Assembly (NCBI GenBank): GCA_965261255.1
Contig: CBDHCQ010000004.1
Coordinates: 3,215,559 to 3,279,558, forward strand
Direction of reading: 5' to 3'
DNA: 64,000 bases
Source: Rhodothermales bacterium
GTDB lineage: Bacteria; Bacteroidota; Rhodothermia; Rhodothermales; Bin80
Positions 49,987 through 61,068 of this stretch are shown here, in pieces. The number at the start of each line of letters is the position of its first letter. The first letter of the stretch is position 1. The notes under the pieces were generated by a model. It had not been told where the DNA came from and did not search any database. It saw only the letters and a program-made list of their open reading frames with translations. The position numbers and the translations under genes are program-made.

Positions 49987-51210
49987 ATGGCATCGGCAGT
50001 GGATAACGCATCGGTGGAAAAACGTAACTGGTTCTTGATCATCGCTCCACTCTGGCTGGCGGTTTTCGTCGTGAGTTGTCAGCTCTTTATCGTGGCCCCT
50101 CTCCTGCCACTCATTCAAAATGAGCTTCTCAACGCATCCACTCCGACCGACTTTGCGCTAGGTTTTTTGGGTTCGTCCTACTCTATTGCATTGGCAATTT
50201 CGACGCTGATTGTTGGTCCGGTATCCGACCGAGTGGGTCGACGCAAAGTATTGGTTGTAGGTACGGCACTCATAGCGGCGACGCTCTTTTTGCACGGTTT
50301 CGCCAGACATTATGAATCGCTCTTTCTGGTCCGTGCACTTGCAGGGATGGCATGCGGCGTGTACAGCGGAAGTATGGTAGCATTCGTAGGAGATTACTTT
50401 CCCTACAATCGAAGAGGGTGGGCAACAGGGTGGATCATGACAGGGGTTGCTGCAGGTCAGGTTATCGGAACACCTGCTGCAATCCTGCTGGCAAATACGT
50501 ACGGGTTTCAGGCCCCGTTTGTGGCCTTTGGTGGGTTGATCGCTATAGCGAGCGTGATGGCTTGGCGTTGGTTTCCCCAGCCTAATGTGGAATACGATAC
50601 AGCGCCCCTGTCACTCATATCCGTACTTAATACCTACGGTCGACTCCTGCGGAGTCCAGGGCCGCGTGCAGGCGCGATACTTTATTGCCTCCTTTTCCTC
50701 AGTATTGGTCTCTTTTTGTTCTTTTTCCCGAAATGGCTGGAAGAGGATATGGGCATTTCGATACAGCAATTGGCATTGTTATTCGTGATTGGGGGAATAG
50801 GGATGACTGTGGGCACAACTATCGGGGGCATGCTATCGGATCGCCTGGGCCGAAAACCAATCCTGATTCTTGCATGCCTGGCGCTGGCTGTTCTGCTTCC
50901 GTTCGCAACCGTATGGATAACTGGACTTGTGAGTGCGACGGTATTCATTACAGTAGCAATGATTCTCGGAGCAATGCGAACAGGGCCAATCATGGCACTT
51001 CTCACCGCACTTACCAGACAGGCGCAACGGGGAACAATGATGGGACTGGCAGTTGCATCCGGCCAGTTTGGATTGGGAATGGCAACAGCTTTTGCGGGCT
51101 GGCTTTACCAGAACCCCGGGTTCTTGTACAATATTCTGGCTGGTACGGTCGCCGTTTTGCTGATGGCTGTGGTGGTCTGGCGCATGGTATCTGAGCCTAT
51201 AGAATCCTGA
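49987..51210 (+). CDS. MFS transporter
   Basis: The 407-aa protein has about 12 helices and the MFS loop motifs GPVSDRVGRRKV and LSDRLGRKP. Confidence 0.85.
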   Translation: MASAVDNASVEKRNWFLIIAPLWLAVFVVSCQLFIVAPLLPLIQNELLNASTPTDFALGFLGSSYSIALAISTLIVGPVSDRVGRRKVLVVGTALIAATLFLHGFARHYESLFLVRALAGMACGVYSGSMVAFVGDYFPYNRRGWATGWIMTGVAAGQVIGTPAAILLANTYGFQAPFVAFGGLIAIASVMAWRWFPQPNVEYDTAPLSLISVLNTYGRLLRSPGPRAGAILYCLLFLSIGLFLFFFPKWLEEDMGISIQQLALLFVIGGIGMTVGTTIGGMLSDRLGRKPILILACLALAVLLPFATVWITGLVSATVFITVAMILGAMRTGPIMALLTALTRQAQRGTMMGLAVASGQFGLGMATAFAGWLYQNPGFLYNILAGTVAVLLMAVVVWRMVSEPIES

Positions 51211-52042
51211 ACGAGACCCCAACGGTCACGGCTTGTTTCTGCTGAATGTAGGGAGACAGATCCTTGTCTAAATGCGCCGTGTACTCCGTATTCACTTGAA
51301 GCCAGGAATTGACCTTCATGGTGACTAGAGTTTCCCAGATCATATCCGGGGCGGGTTGATTGAAAGCAGCAAAGAGTGTTAGTGTTGACTTCAAGTGCAC
51401 ATTCGTGAAAACGGATCGCTCAACGATAACCAGACCCGAAGCTCCGATCTGCCACCGCAAAGGGGCATCCGGTGATACCTTATAGCGATCACGTAAAGCA
51501 CGGATGGTTACCACCGTTTGTTTAGCGGCGACACCCAAACGCAGGTTGACCCAACCGTTTGCCTGGTAATCAAGTCCCATGGTTTGGGTGAGGATTGCAG
51601 GTGAAAAGAAACCTGAGATTCTTCTGGTTTCCGCAGTCGGATCTTTGTCATTGTACCTGAAACCGTCGGCCAACTGGGACCGGAATTCCAGTGTCACAGC
51701 AGGGCTCAATTGACCGAAAATCGGGACACGGGAAAACTTGAAAGAGCTGCGCAGATGAATAATGTCCTCAGACTTGCGCAGATCAACGCCATTCTGTCTG
51801 ACTACGCCGAATGCCAGGCGTACTTCGTGCTGATGCTGTAATGTTGCTGCAGTTTTTTCGGCTTTTCCGCTTATTCCAGCACCTAGCGCGAGGGAGCTTA
51901 TCCCACCATCATGCCATCGATAGAATCCCACCTGGTTAAAGGAAACCCTGCCCTGTGCTTCGGTCGTCCAGGTCGAATCTGATTGCGCAGCACAGGGCGC
52001 GGCGCACATCAGCAGGATCAGAAACAAAATCGGTGTGCGCAT
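51197..52042 (-). CDS. DUF3078-like outer-membrane beta-barrel protein
   Basis: Signal peptide MRTPILFLILLMCAAPCAAQ and an alternating beta-strand pattern ending in an aromatic-rich C-terminus. I chose the ATG at 52042. Confidence 0.5.
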   Translation of the reverse strand: MRTPILFLILLMCAAPCAAQSDSTWTTEAQGRVSFNQVGFYRWHDGGISSLALGAGISGKAEKTAATLQHQHEVRLAFGVVRQNGVDLRKSEDIIHLRSSFKFSRVPIFGQLSPAVTLEFRSQLADGFRYNDKDPTAETRRISGFFSPAILTQTMGLDYQANGWVNLRLGVAAKQTVVTIRALRDRYKVSPDAPLRWQIGASGLVIVERSVFTNVHLKSTLTLFAAFNQPAPDMIWETLVTMKVNSWLQVNTEYTAHLDKDLSPYIQQKQAVTVGVSFRIL

Positions 52043-52089
52043 CCGGTCCCCTGGGTTCCTGCACGCGAGAATTTGTCTACACAAGCCGA

Positions 52090-52508
52090 TCACTCAGCCA
52101 TGCTGATGCGAAGTCGATTGCGGGCGCGTTCAAGTGCCTGCTCTGCACGCACACGATCCAAATCACCGGATGCCTCCTCCAAGCGCTTAAGTGCGCGCTG
52201 TTCTGCATTTTTGGCGCGATCCGTATCAATATCAGTTGCAGGCTCGGCAGTTTCCGCCAGAACAGTAACCACATTACCAATCACTTCGACAAATCCCCCG
52301 CTGGTGGCGAACGTGAGTTTTTCTGTACCTGCCGTGGTTAGGACCAGCGGCCCCACGGTCAGCGACGCAATCATCGGCGCATGATTGTAGCGGATCTCGA
52401 AGCCACCGTCCGCACCAGGTGCACGTAACCCTGTAACGAAGCCCTGAAATACCTGCTTATCAGGTGCAACAATATCGACACGAAGCGCACGCTGTACTTC
52501 GGCTGCCA

Positions 52509-52509
<1 letters not shown>
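52090..52509 (-). CDS. atpC: F-type ATP synthase epsilon subunit
   Basis: A 139-aa protein immediately after atpD (1-nt overlap), with an IVAPDKQVF start and a C-terminal helical hairpin. Confidence 0.85.
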
Positions 52510-53999
<1,490 letters not shown>

Positions 54000-54251
54000 T
54001 TAAGACAGATTTTGTTAGGTGGAAAGTTACGCAACTCTGCAACAGGCACGTATAATAATCGGAACACGCTCTCCCGAACCGCGGGCTTTAACGAGGCTCA
54101 GGCAAAATGGCTTCATTGTAATTCTTCGCATAACAAGCTCAATTGGATCTAACCCGTATAGGCTTTATTACTCTGAACGAATCATTGTAACCCGGTGTTT
54201 ACTTTTTGCTGGAGTGTTTCCGGTTCTCCATTCACACTAGATCAATTGAAC

Positions 54252-56735
54252 ATGCGTCTCTTAACCTTATCACTACTGCTAATTTGTCTGCCCGCGTACG
54301 GGCAGGGAGTGCAGTCCATTACCGAGAAAACAAAGGACATGGACAAACGGGACGGCTTCTTTCCCGTGTACTGGCATTCGGATACCGGTGAAATCTATCT
54401 TGAAATTCCTGCACTGAATCAGGAGTTCATCTATGTAACTTCCATGCCTGCAGGGTTGGGATCCAACGACATTGGATTAGACAGAAGCCAGTTAGGCAGT
54501 ACGCGCTTGGTCCGGTTTGAGCGTAGCGGGCCCAAGATTCTTCTCGTTATGCCGAATCTGCGCTATCGTGCTGATTCAGAATCAGCAGCAGAGAAAGCCT
54601 CCGTCAGTGAGGCTTTTGCGGAAGCCATCCTCTGGGGATTCAAGGTTGAGGCCGAGGAAGAAAACAGAATCCTTGTAAATGCGACAGATTTCGTTGTTAG
54701 AGATGCCAACGGAGTTACTCGCAGGTTACGGGGGGCGCAACAAGGTAATTTCAGTCTGGACAAGAATCGAAGCGCTCCCGTTCCAGATATGCTTAAGGCC
54801 TTCCCGCACAATACCGAGATGGAAGCCCGAATAACGTTCACGTCTGATGCTCCAGGCCGCTTCGTACGTGATGTGGCAGCTGATCCATATTCGGTGACCC
54901 TAAGCGTGCGACACTCATTTGTTATGCTGCCCGATGAAGGGTACACTCCCAGAGTGTTTCATCCGGGAGCCGGGTACGGTGCAATAAGCTACATGGATTA
55001 TGCAGCGCCCATCGGAGAAGATATGGTGAAGCGCTACATTCGGCGTCATCGCCTGATAAAGGCGGATTCAAGTGCGGTAGTCAGCGACCCCGTGTCACCC
55101 ATTGTGTACTATCTGGATCCAGGGACACCCGAACCGGTCAGGGGAGCGCTCCTGGATGGCGCCCGATGGTGGTCAGATGCATTTGAAGCAGCTGGCTTCT
55201 CCAATGCTTTTCAGATTGAAATATTGCCGGATGGAGCAGACCCAATGGATGTACGCTACAATACGATTCAGTGGGTGCACCGTGCTACACGCGGCTGGAG
55301 TTACGGATCAAGTGTGACAGACCCCCGCACCGGTGAGATCATCAAGGGGCACGTGTCGCTCGGTTCACTCAGGGTCCGACAAGACTACCTTATCGCCGAA
55401 GGGCTCCTTGCTCCCTACGGTGACTCACTCACAGCCGACGATTCAATGTTGTCCATGTCGCTCGCACGTATCCGACAGCTGTCTGCTCACGAGGTCGGAC
55501 ACACGCTTGGCCTCAGCCATAATTTTGCGTCCTCTGTCAACGCTCGGGCGTCCGTTATGGACTATCCTGCCCCATATGCCCTGTTTAATGAAGCCGGAGA
55601 GATCCAGTTGGATGGGGCCTACTCAACCGGTATCGGAGAGTGGGACAAGGTTGCCATTGCCTATGGGTATGCTCAGCCGTTACCAAGTGACAGCGAAGAG
55701 GGGCTACTGAGCGCAATCCTGCAGCAGGCCTGGAATCGTGGCTTGCATTATATCACCGACGCCGATGCACGTCCCGCCGGTGCAGCGCATCCACTCGCCA
55801 ACCTCTGGGACAATGGTGACGATATGGTAAGTGCCCTTCAGCACGAAATGGCGATCAGGGATGCTGCTCTGGCGCGTTTTGGTCAAGAGGTTATACGTAA
55901 AGGACGTCCACTGGCAACCATGGAGGAAGTGCTGGTCCCACTCTACCTGCGACACAGGTATCAGGTGGAGGCTACCGTCAAATTACTGGGCGGAGTAACC
56001 TACACCTATGCGATGCGTGGAGACAGTCAGGCACTGGTCGAGCCGGTTACGGGTTCGGTGCAACTGGCAGCGTTGGAAGCATTGTTGGAGGCAGTTTCGC
56101 CGGAGGCTCTTCGCGTCCCGGAAAGTGTCCGAACCGGCATGCCTCCCCGCCCACCTGGGTTTTCGGCGCATCGCGAGTTGTTTGATCGCCACACGGGCCT
56201 GACCTTTGATGCTTACACGCCTGCTGCTGCGGTTGCTACGCTGGTATTTGCTCAGATCCTCAATCCAGCGCGCACAGCCCGTATGACGTATCAGCGTGAC
56301 CACGACGACACCCTTCCGGATTTTCATGGCGTTATGGAGATTGTGAGCGACGCAGTCTGGGGAATACCTGTTGCGGATGATCCGTACGATGCCGAACTGC
56401 AGCGCGTAGTGCAACAGGTGTGGATTGATGAATTGATTGGATTGGCAAATGAGCGTGATGCCGCCCCCGCGGTGCGGGTGATGGTTATGGAACGGCTTCG
56501 TGAGTTCAGTGAGTGGCTCGCGGAGGCTGAGGTGCCCCGGCAGGATACAGAAACCCGCTATCATCGCAGGATGGTACTGGATCAAATTGAGCAATACCTC
56601 TTGAGAGAGTACAGCCCTGATGACCGCCGGCCCCGTACAGTGATGCCACCGGGCTCTCCGATCGGCGCTGACGTACGCCGCCAAACGCATCATGCGCTAC
56701 TCTCAGCCACTGCAGTTGAGTGGTGCAGCCACTGA
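54252..56735 (+). CDS. Secreted zinc metalloprotease (zincin, DUF4953/DUF5117-like)
   Basis: Signal peptide MRLLTLSLLLICLPAYGQ and the HEVGHTLGLSHNF HExxH motif. I chose the ATG at 54252. Confidence 0.75.
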   Translation: MRLLTLSLLLICLPAYGQGVQSITEKTKDMDKRDGFFPVYWHSDTGEIYLEIPALNQEFIYVTSMPAGLGSNDIGLDRSQLGSTRLVRFERSGPKILLVMPNLRYRADSESAAEKASVSEAFAEAILWGFKVEAEEENRILVNATDFVVRDANGVTRRLRGAQQGNFSLDKNRSAPVPDMLKAFPHNTEMEARITFTSDAPGRFVRDVAADPYSVTLSVRHSFVMLPDEGYTPRVFHPGAGYGAISYMDYAAPIGEDMVKRYIRRHRLIKADSSAVVSDPVSPIVYYLDPGTPEPVRGALLDGARWWSDAFEAAGFSNAFQIEILPDGADPMDVRYNTIQWVHRATRGWSYGSSVTDPRTGEIIKGHVSLGSLRVRQDYLIAEGLLAPYGDSLTADDSMLSMSLARIRQLSAHEVGHTLGLSHNFASSVNARASVMDYPAPYALFNEAGEIQLDGAYSTGIGEWDKVAIAYGYAQPLPSDSEEGLLSAILQQAWNRGLHYITDADARPAGAAHPLANLWDNGDDMVSALQHEMAIRDAALARFGQEVIRKGRPLATMEEVLVPLYLRHRYQVEATVKLLGGVTYTYAMRGDSQALVEPVTGSVQLAALEALLEAVSPEALRVPESVRTGMPPRPPGFSAHRELFDRHTGLTFDAYTPAAAVATLVFAQILNPARTARMTYQRDHDDTLPDFHGVMEIVSDAVWGIPVADDPYDAELQRVVQQVWIDELIGLANERDAAPAVRVMVMERLREFSEWLAEAEVPRQDTETRYHRRMVLDQIEQYLLREYSPDDRRPRTVMPPGSPIGADVRRQTHHALLSATAVEWCSH

Positions 56736-56745
56736 AACGTCCTAC

Positions 56746-58857
56746 ATGATGTCAAAATTGAAGAACCCGGCAAACCTGAGGGAAGTGGCGACTCGTTATC
56801 TCTGCGATGCGGTAGGGAACGAGCAGGCGGAATTTCGTGACGGGCAATGGGAGAGTATTGAACATGCCGTAAAGGGAGAACGGGTTCTGGTTGTCCAGCG
56901 AACGGGTTGGGGGAAGACGATGGTCTATACTGTTGCAACCAAGATCAGGCGGGAAAAAGGCCTGGGACCGTCGCTGATGATATCTCCGCTGCTTGCGCTG
57001 ATGCGTAATCAGGAAGAAGCAGCGTTTGCGCTTGGGCTCAAGGCACGCAGGATGACGGGCGACAATTTTGGGGATTGGGAAAAGATTCGGAAGGAACTCC
57101 GAAAAGATGAGGTGGATATCCTCATGATCACGCCCGAACGGTTGGCAAGCGGCCATTTTACCCGGAGCACGCTGCCACTGATCACAAGGGGCCTGGGAAT
57201 GCTGATCATAGATGAGGCCCACTGCATATCGGATTGGGGACATGATTTCCGTCCAGATTATCGGCGTATTCGCAGGGTTCAGCAGGCTATTCCGAAAGGA
57301 GCTGCCATTGTTGCCACGACTGCTACAGCGAACGACCGCGTCGTCCAGGATGTACGGCGGCAACTGGGCGGAGATATTCAGGTTAGTCGCGGGAGCTTGG
57401 TCCGGCGCAGTCTACAACTTCACAATCTTACGCTGCCTGATCCCAAAGTGAGACTGGCATGGATAGCACAGGTGGTGCCACGCCTTTCGGGAAGTGGAAT
57501 CATTTATGTCCTTACACGTAAGGATGCGGACCTTGTCTCTTCCTGGCTTCGGTACAAGGGGATCCAAGCGGCATCTTACTACGGTAACGCAGGTCAACGG
57601 GAAGAGTTGGAACAACAACTCCTGAACAACGAGATCAAGGCCCTGGTTGCGACTATCGCCTTGGGAATGGGTTTTGATAAACCTGACCTGAAGTTCATTA
57701 TTCATTACCAGAGACCTGGGTCAGCTGTGCATTACTACCAACAGGTGGGACGAGCAGGACGAGGAATTGATGATGCCTACGGTTTTCTGCTTTGGGGGGA
57801 AGAGGATGAGCGTATCGTTGATTACTTCATGGACAATGCCTTCCCCCCTCAGAATGAGATCAATCAAGTGCTCGATGTGCTCGAGAATGCGGATGGCGGT
57901 TTAGAGATTGATGCAATCATGGCGGCTGTTAATCTAAAGAAATCCAAGATCGAGAAGGTGCTGAAGCTCGCCTCTCTTGAGTCCCCCGCACCGGTTATTC
58001 AGCAGGGGCGGGAATGGTATGCAACTGGTGAAGCCGGTGGTTTCAAGGTTGATCCAGAGTACATTGCCCGGCTAAGGAGAGTTCGCGCATCTGAGAAAGC
58101 ACAGATGCGTAAATACATGCGTCACAGTGGATGCCTTATGGCATTTTTGCAACGGGCCCTAGATGATGATTCTGCGAAAGACTGCGGCCGTTGTCGGAAC
58201 TGTATGAACAGGGCCAACAAGTCTCACCAGCCCAAACCGGAGTTGGTAATTGAGGCAGAACAATTCATCAAAAAACGACGGTATGCTATATCGCCCCACC
58301 GTGAGTGGCCAATCGCAGAAATCTCGGATCATCCCATTCACGAACGCGGCATCACGATTGACAAAGCTCATCGTATGCTGCCGGGGTTTGCGCTTTGCAG
58401 AGCTTTCGATATGGGGCTTGGTGATCAGATTTTGAGGGAGCGAAATTATGGAAACCAGTATTCAAAGATAGTGGTGGATGCGTTCGTGAACAGGTTACAG
58501 GAATGGGCTAAGAATAAAGGAATTGGATGCGTAACCTATGTGCCTCCACGTAACAACCGGCGGCATGTGCCGCTCTTGGCAGCGGCAGTTGCTGAGCAAC
58601 TTGGAAGACCCCTGGTTCACGCTGTTGCGAGGACCGGCGAGGGGGCACGGCAGAGTGATCAGAAAAATGAGGTGCAGCGTGCTCTTAATGTGGCCAATGC
58701 ATTTATGATCGAAAGATCCTGCAAACAGTCAACGCTCCTGATCGATGATATAAGTGTCAGTGGTTGGACAATGGTCACGGCTTCAGCGCTGTTACGCCAT
58801 GATGGATGTCCAAGCGTACGACCAGTAGCCTTGGTCAAACATAGCTTGTCTGGATGA
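56746..58857 (+). CDS. RecQ-like SF2 helicase fused to a C-terminal ComF/PRTase-like domain
   Basis: Helicase motifs QRTGWGKT (I), IIDEAHCISDWGHDFRPDY (II), ATTATA (III) and YYQQVGRAGRG (VI). A RecQ-type Cys cluster CLMAF...CGRCRNC follows. The C-terminal 180 aa have the ComF/PRTase pattern VTYVPPR...NVANAF...TLLIDDISVSGWT. The ATG at 56746 is 10 nt after the upstream stop. Confidence 0.8.
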   Translation: MMSKLKNPANLREVATRYLCDAVGNEQAEFRDGQWESIEHAVKGERVLVVQRTGWGKTMVYTVATKIRREKGLGPSLMISPLLALMRNQEEAAFALGLKARRMTGDNFGDWEKIRKELRKDEVDILMITPERLASGHFTRSTLPLITRGLGMLIIDEAHCISDWGHDFRPDYRRIRRVQQAIPKGAAIVATTATANDRVVQDVRRQLGGDIQVSRGSLVRRSLQLHNLTLPDPKVRLAWIAQVVPRLSGSGIIYVLTRKDADLVSSWLRYKGIQAASYYGNAGQREELEQQLLNNEIKALVATIALGMGFDKPDLKFIIHYQRPGSAVHYYQQVGRAGRGIDDAYGFLLWGEEDERIVDYFMDNAFPPQNEINQVLDVLENADGGLEIDAIMAAVNLKKSKIEKVLKLASLESPAPVIQQGREWYATGEAGGFKVDPEYIARLRRVRASEKAQMRKYMRHSGCLMAFLQRALDDDSAKDCGRCRNCMNRANKSHQPKPELVIEAEQFIKKRRYAISPHREWPIAEISDHPIHERGITIDKAHRMLPGFALCRAFDMGLGDQILRERNYGNQYSKIVVDAFVNRLQEWAKNKGIGCVTYVPPRNNRRHVPLLAAAVAEQLGRPLVHAVARTGEGARQSDQKNEVQRALNVANAFMIERSCKQSTLLIDDISVSGWTMVTASALLRHDGCPSVRPVALVKHSLSG

Positions 58858-60176
58858 TCATGACCTGGCCCCTGTCCGACGATACCAATGTGACTTTGCT
58901 TCTATGTGCCTGGTTCGGTGGAGAACAGGAGCATAAGCCTCTCACATTACCGGAATATAATCTGCTGGCGACATGGCTTCACCAAAATGACCATCGTCCA
59001 ATGGACTTGGTTCGGGGCTCATGTGCTGAGAATGCGGCACAAGAGACGCGCCTTGGCCACCATCGGATATCCGGGCTTCTGGAGCGCAGGATTACTTTGG
59101 GATTTCACCTTGAAGAGTGGCAGCGCAGAGATTTTTGGATCCTTGGCCGCGGGGATGCAGCGTATCCGAAGAGAATAAAACAGTCCATGAAGTCACAGGC
59201 ACCCCCAGTCCTGTTCGGGACCGGGGAAGTAACGATCATTGATCAGGGCGGCACAGCGATTGTTGGACCGGAGGGGGCAACGCAGCAGTCAGCGGAAAGC
59301 GTCCAACAGCTGGCAAAATTTTATGCAGAGAATGGTAATGCAATAATTGTTGCTGGGAGACAGTCTATTGGGGAAAATGCGGTCAAGAGTGCTCTTGATG
59401 CTAAGGGATCCGTTATATGGGTGCTCCAGGGAGATGAACTAAGTATACCCTTGGAAAAACCAGTTCGCAGATCCAGGACGGCCGGAGACACGGTTTTGCT
59501 ATCTAGTCGCAGTCCCGTTGATAAACGGCCATTGAGCGAAGAGCCACAAGTGGGACAAATGCTGATGACGTTGTGTGATTCGGTAGTCTATGTGGATAGC
59601 TCAGAGATCAGTACGGACCGGTATTGCGTGGAATTGGCCGTGCGTGAATTTGTTGGATTGAGAAAGTGCTTTGTGCATGTTAGTGGAGAGCCTACAGAAT
59701 CCGCGTTCGAGTTAACCGACTCCGGCGCGGAGTTTTGGAAAAAAGAGTCGCTTGAGATCAGCGACGAGTCTCTTGAAGTGCAGCCGGAAGTGACTGAGGG
59801 CTCGCCAGAACGCTCAGATACAAGCGAGCAAGAGCCCACACAGGCCGACGATCCCGATCCTGAGATCAAATTGAGCGAGGCGGCAGCGTCGCAATCAATT
59901 GATCAGGAAAGTAGCTCGGAAGAGGTAAGCGAATCGGAAGCGGTACACACTGAATCCGATGATGAAGTAAAGCAGGAGCCCCAGACAGAGACTGGGGATA
60001 ATCGAGGAGATTCCCCTCTCTACAGAGAATGCATTCAAGGCGAATTGTTTGAACTGGACGAGGTGTCGACAGGCAGAGAGGAAAACATCGAGGATGATGA
60101 CGACGAAGTCGACATACTCGCGACAACAGACTCGAGCGCCCAGATCGACTTGTTTAGCTCCATTACCGATGAGTGA
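58854..60176 (+). CDS. Divergent DprA/Smf (SLOG Rossmann)-like protein with a ~150-aa polyacidic C-terminal tail
   Basis: YPKRI...APPVLFGTGE...TAIVGPEGAT...NGNAIIVAGRQSIGENAVKSALDAKGSVIWVL...VLLSS...LCDSVVYVDSS follows the DprA Rossmann-core topology, but the canonical GSR and GxD motifs are altered. ATGA overlap with the helicase stop. The tail is rich in E, D and S. Confidence 0.6.
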   Translation: MIMTWPLSDDTNVTLLLCAWFGGEQEHKPLTLPEYNLLATWLHQNDHRPMDLVRGSCAENAAQETRLGHHRISGLLERRITLGFHLEEWQRRDFWILGRGDAAYPKRIKQSMKSQAPPVLFGTGEVTIIDQGGTAIVGPEGATQQSAESVQQLAKFYAENGNAIIVAGRQSIGENAVKSALDAKGSVIWVLQGDELSIPLEKPVRRSRTAGDTVLLSSRSPVDKRPLSEEPQVGQMLMTLCDSVVYVDSSEISTDRYCVELAVREFVGLRKCFVHVSGEPTESAFELTDSGAEFWKKESLEISDESLEVQPEVTEGSPERSDTSEQEPTQADDPDPEIKLSEAAASQSIDQESSSEEVSESEAVHTESDDEVKQEPQTETGDNRGDSPLYRECIQGELFELDEVSTGREENIEDDDDEVDILATTDSSAQIDLFSSITDE

Positions 60177-61068
60177 TTTGCCGGCCGATGATGCCCGTGC
60201 AGTGCTTTTGCTATGCGCATTTCAGGGAGGTGAAAAGAAGCACCATCCACTAGAGCTTGCGGAGTATAACCGTGTGGCCACCATCCTTTATCGGCGTCAA
60301 AAGAGACCCGCGTTTCTCCTTGGTGATGCACCGGTGAATGAAATTGCCAGAAGCGCCCAAGTTAATCCTGCCCGACTTCAATGGCTCCTTGATCGTCGGA
60401 TCAATCTGGGATTTTGTCTGGAAGAGTGGCAGCGAAAAGGTTTTTGGATCTTTGCCCGAAGCGATAAAGAATATCCGGCAAGAATTCGAAGCAGGATGCG
60501 CATAGAAGCACCGTCGTTGATCTTTGGTACAGGACATAAGACGCTTCTGACGAACGGGGGATTAGCTATTATCGGGCCTGATCAGATCCCGCTGGGCCGG
60601 TCAAGAAAAGCCTGTGAAGCTGCGAGAGAGGCCGTAGAGAAGGGGCAGACCGTCATTGTGACGGGACACCTAAAGATGGCGAAAGACCTTGTGAATGTAG
60701 CCCTGGAACACTCAGGGTGTGTTATTTGGGTATTGCATGATGGATCACTTAGGCAGCGCCTCGAGAAACGTAATCGTCAAGCACTTAGCAGGGGACAAAT
60801 GGTTCTCATTACGGTGCAGAGTCCAGAAGCTCCACAGAAATCTGGTGATCGAGGATTCGTTGGATCATTGGCAACAGCGTTGGCTGATGAGCTGCTCTAT
60901 GTGGATGGTTCAAAAAACAGCAATGATCAGTTTAGGACAGCTTCTGCGGCTCTTGGGTTTGCCAAAACCGCGGACCATTTTCTGCGGTCGAAACTGTTTA
61001 GGTTATTGGTTGGACGTAAAGTTTCTCAAACAGCCGAACAGCTTAAGGAGCTCGGTGCGGGGGCGTAG
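60169..61068 (+). CDS. Second divergent DprA/Smf (SLOG)-like paralog
   Basis: It aligns along its length with the previous protein (LLLCAF/LLLCAW, EEWQRKGFWIF/EEWQRRDFWIL, YPARI/YPKRI, LAIIGP/TAIVGP, CVIWVL/SVIWVL, LLYVDGS/VVYVDSS). The ATG at 60169 overlaps the upstream stop by 8 nt. Confidence 0.6.
   Translation: MSDLPADDARAVLLLCAFQGGEKKHHPLELAEYNRVATILYRRQKRPAFLLGDAPVNEIARSAQVNPARLQWLLDRRINLGFCLEEWQRKGFWIFARSDKEYPARIRSRMRIEAPSLIFGTGHKTLLTNGGLAIIGPDQIPLGRSRKACEAAREAVEKGQTVIVTGHLKMAKDLVNVALEHSGCVIWVLHDGSLRQRLEKRNRQALSRGQMVLITVQSPEAPQKSGDRGFVGSLATALADELLYVDGSKNSNDQFRTASAALGFAKTADHFLRSKLFRLLVGRKVSQTAEQLKELGAGA

Noticed and set aside
55983-57363. Minus-strand ORFs of 236 and 203 aa overlapping the metalloprotease and RecQ-like genes
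   Set aside because: They are antisense to two genes with unambiguous HExxH and helicase motifs, and they carry no motifs of their own.
60049-60168. 40-aa N-terminal extension of the second DprA-like ORF, overlapping the acidic tail of the first
   Set aside because: The paralog alignment starts at MSDLPADD (ATG 60169), and the extension has no counterpart in the first paralog.
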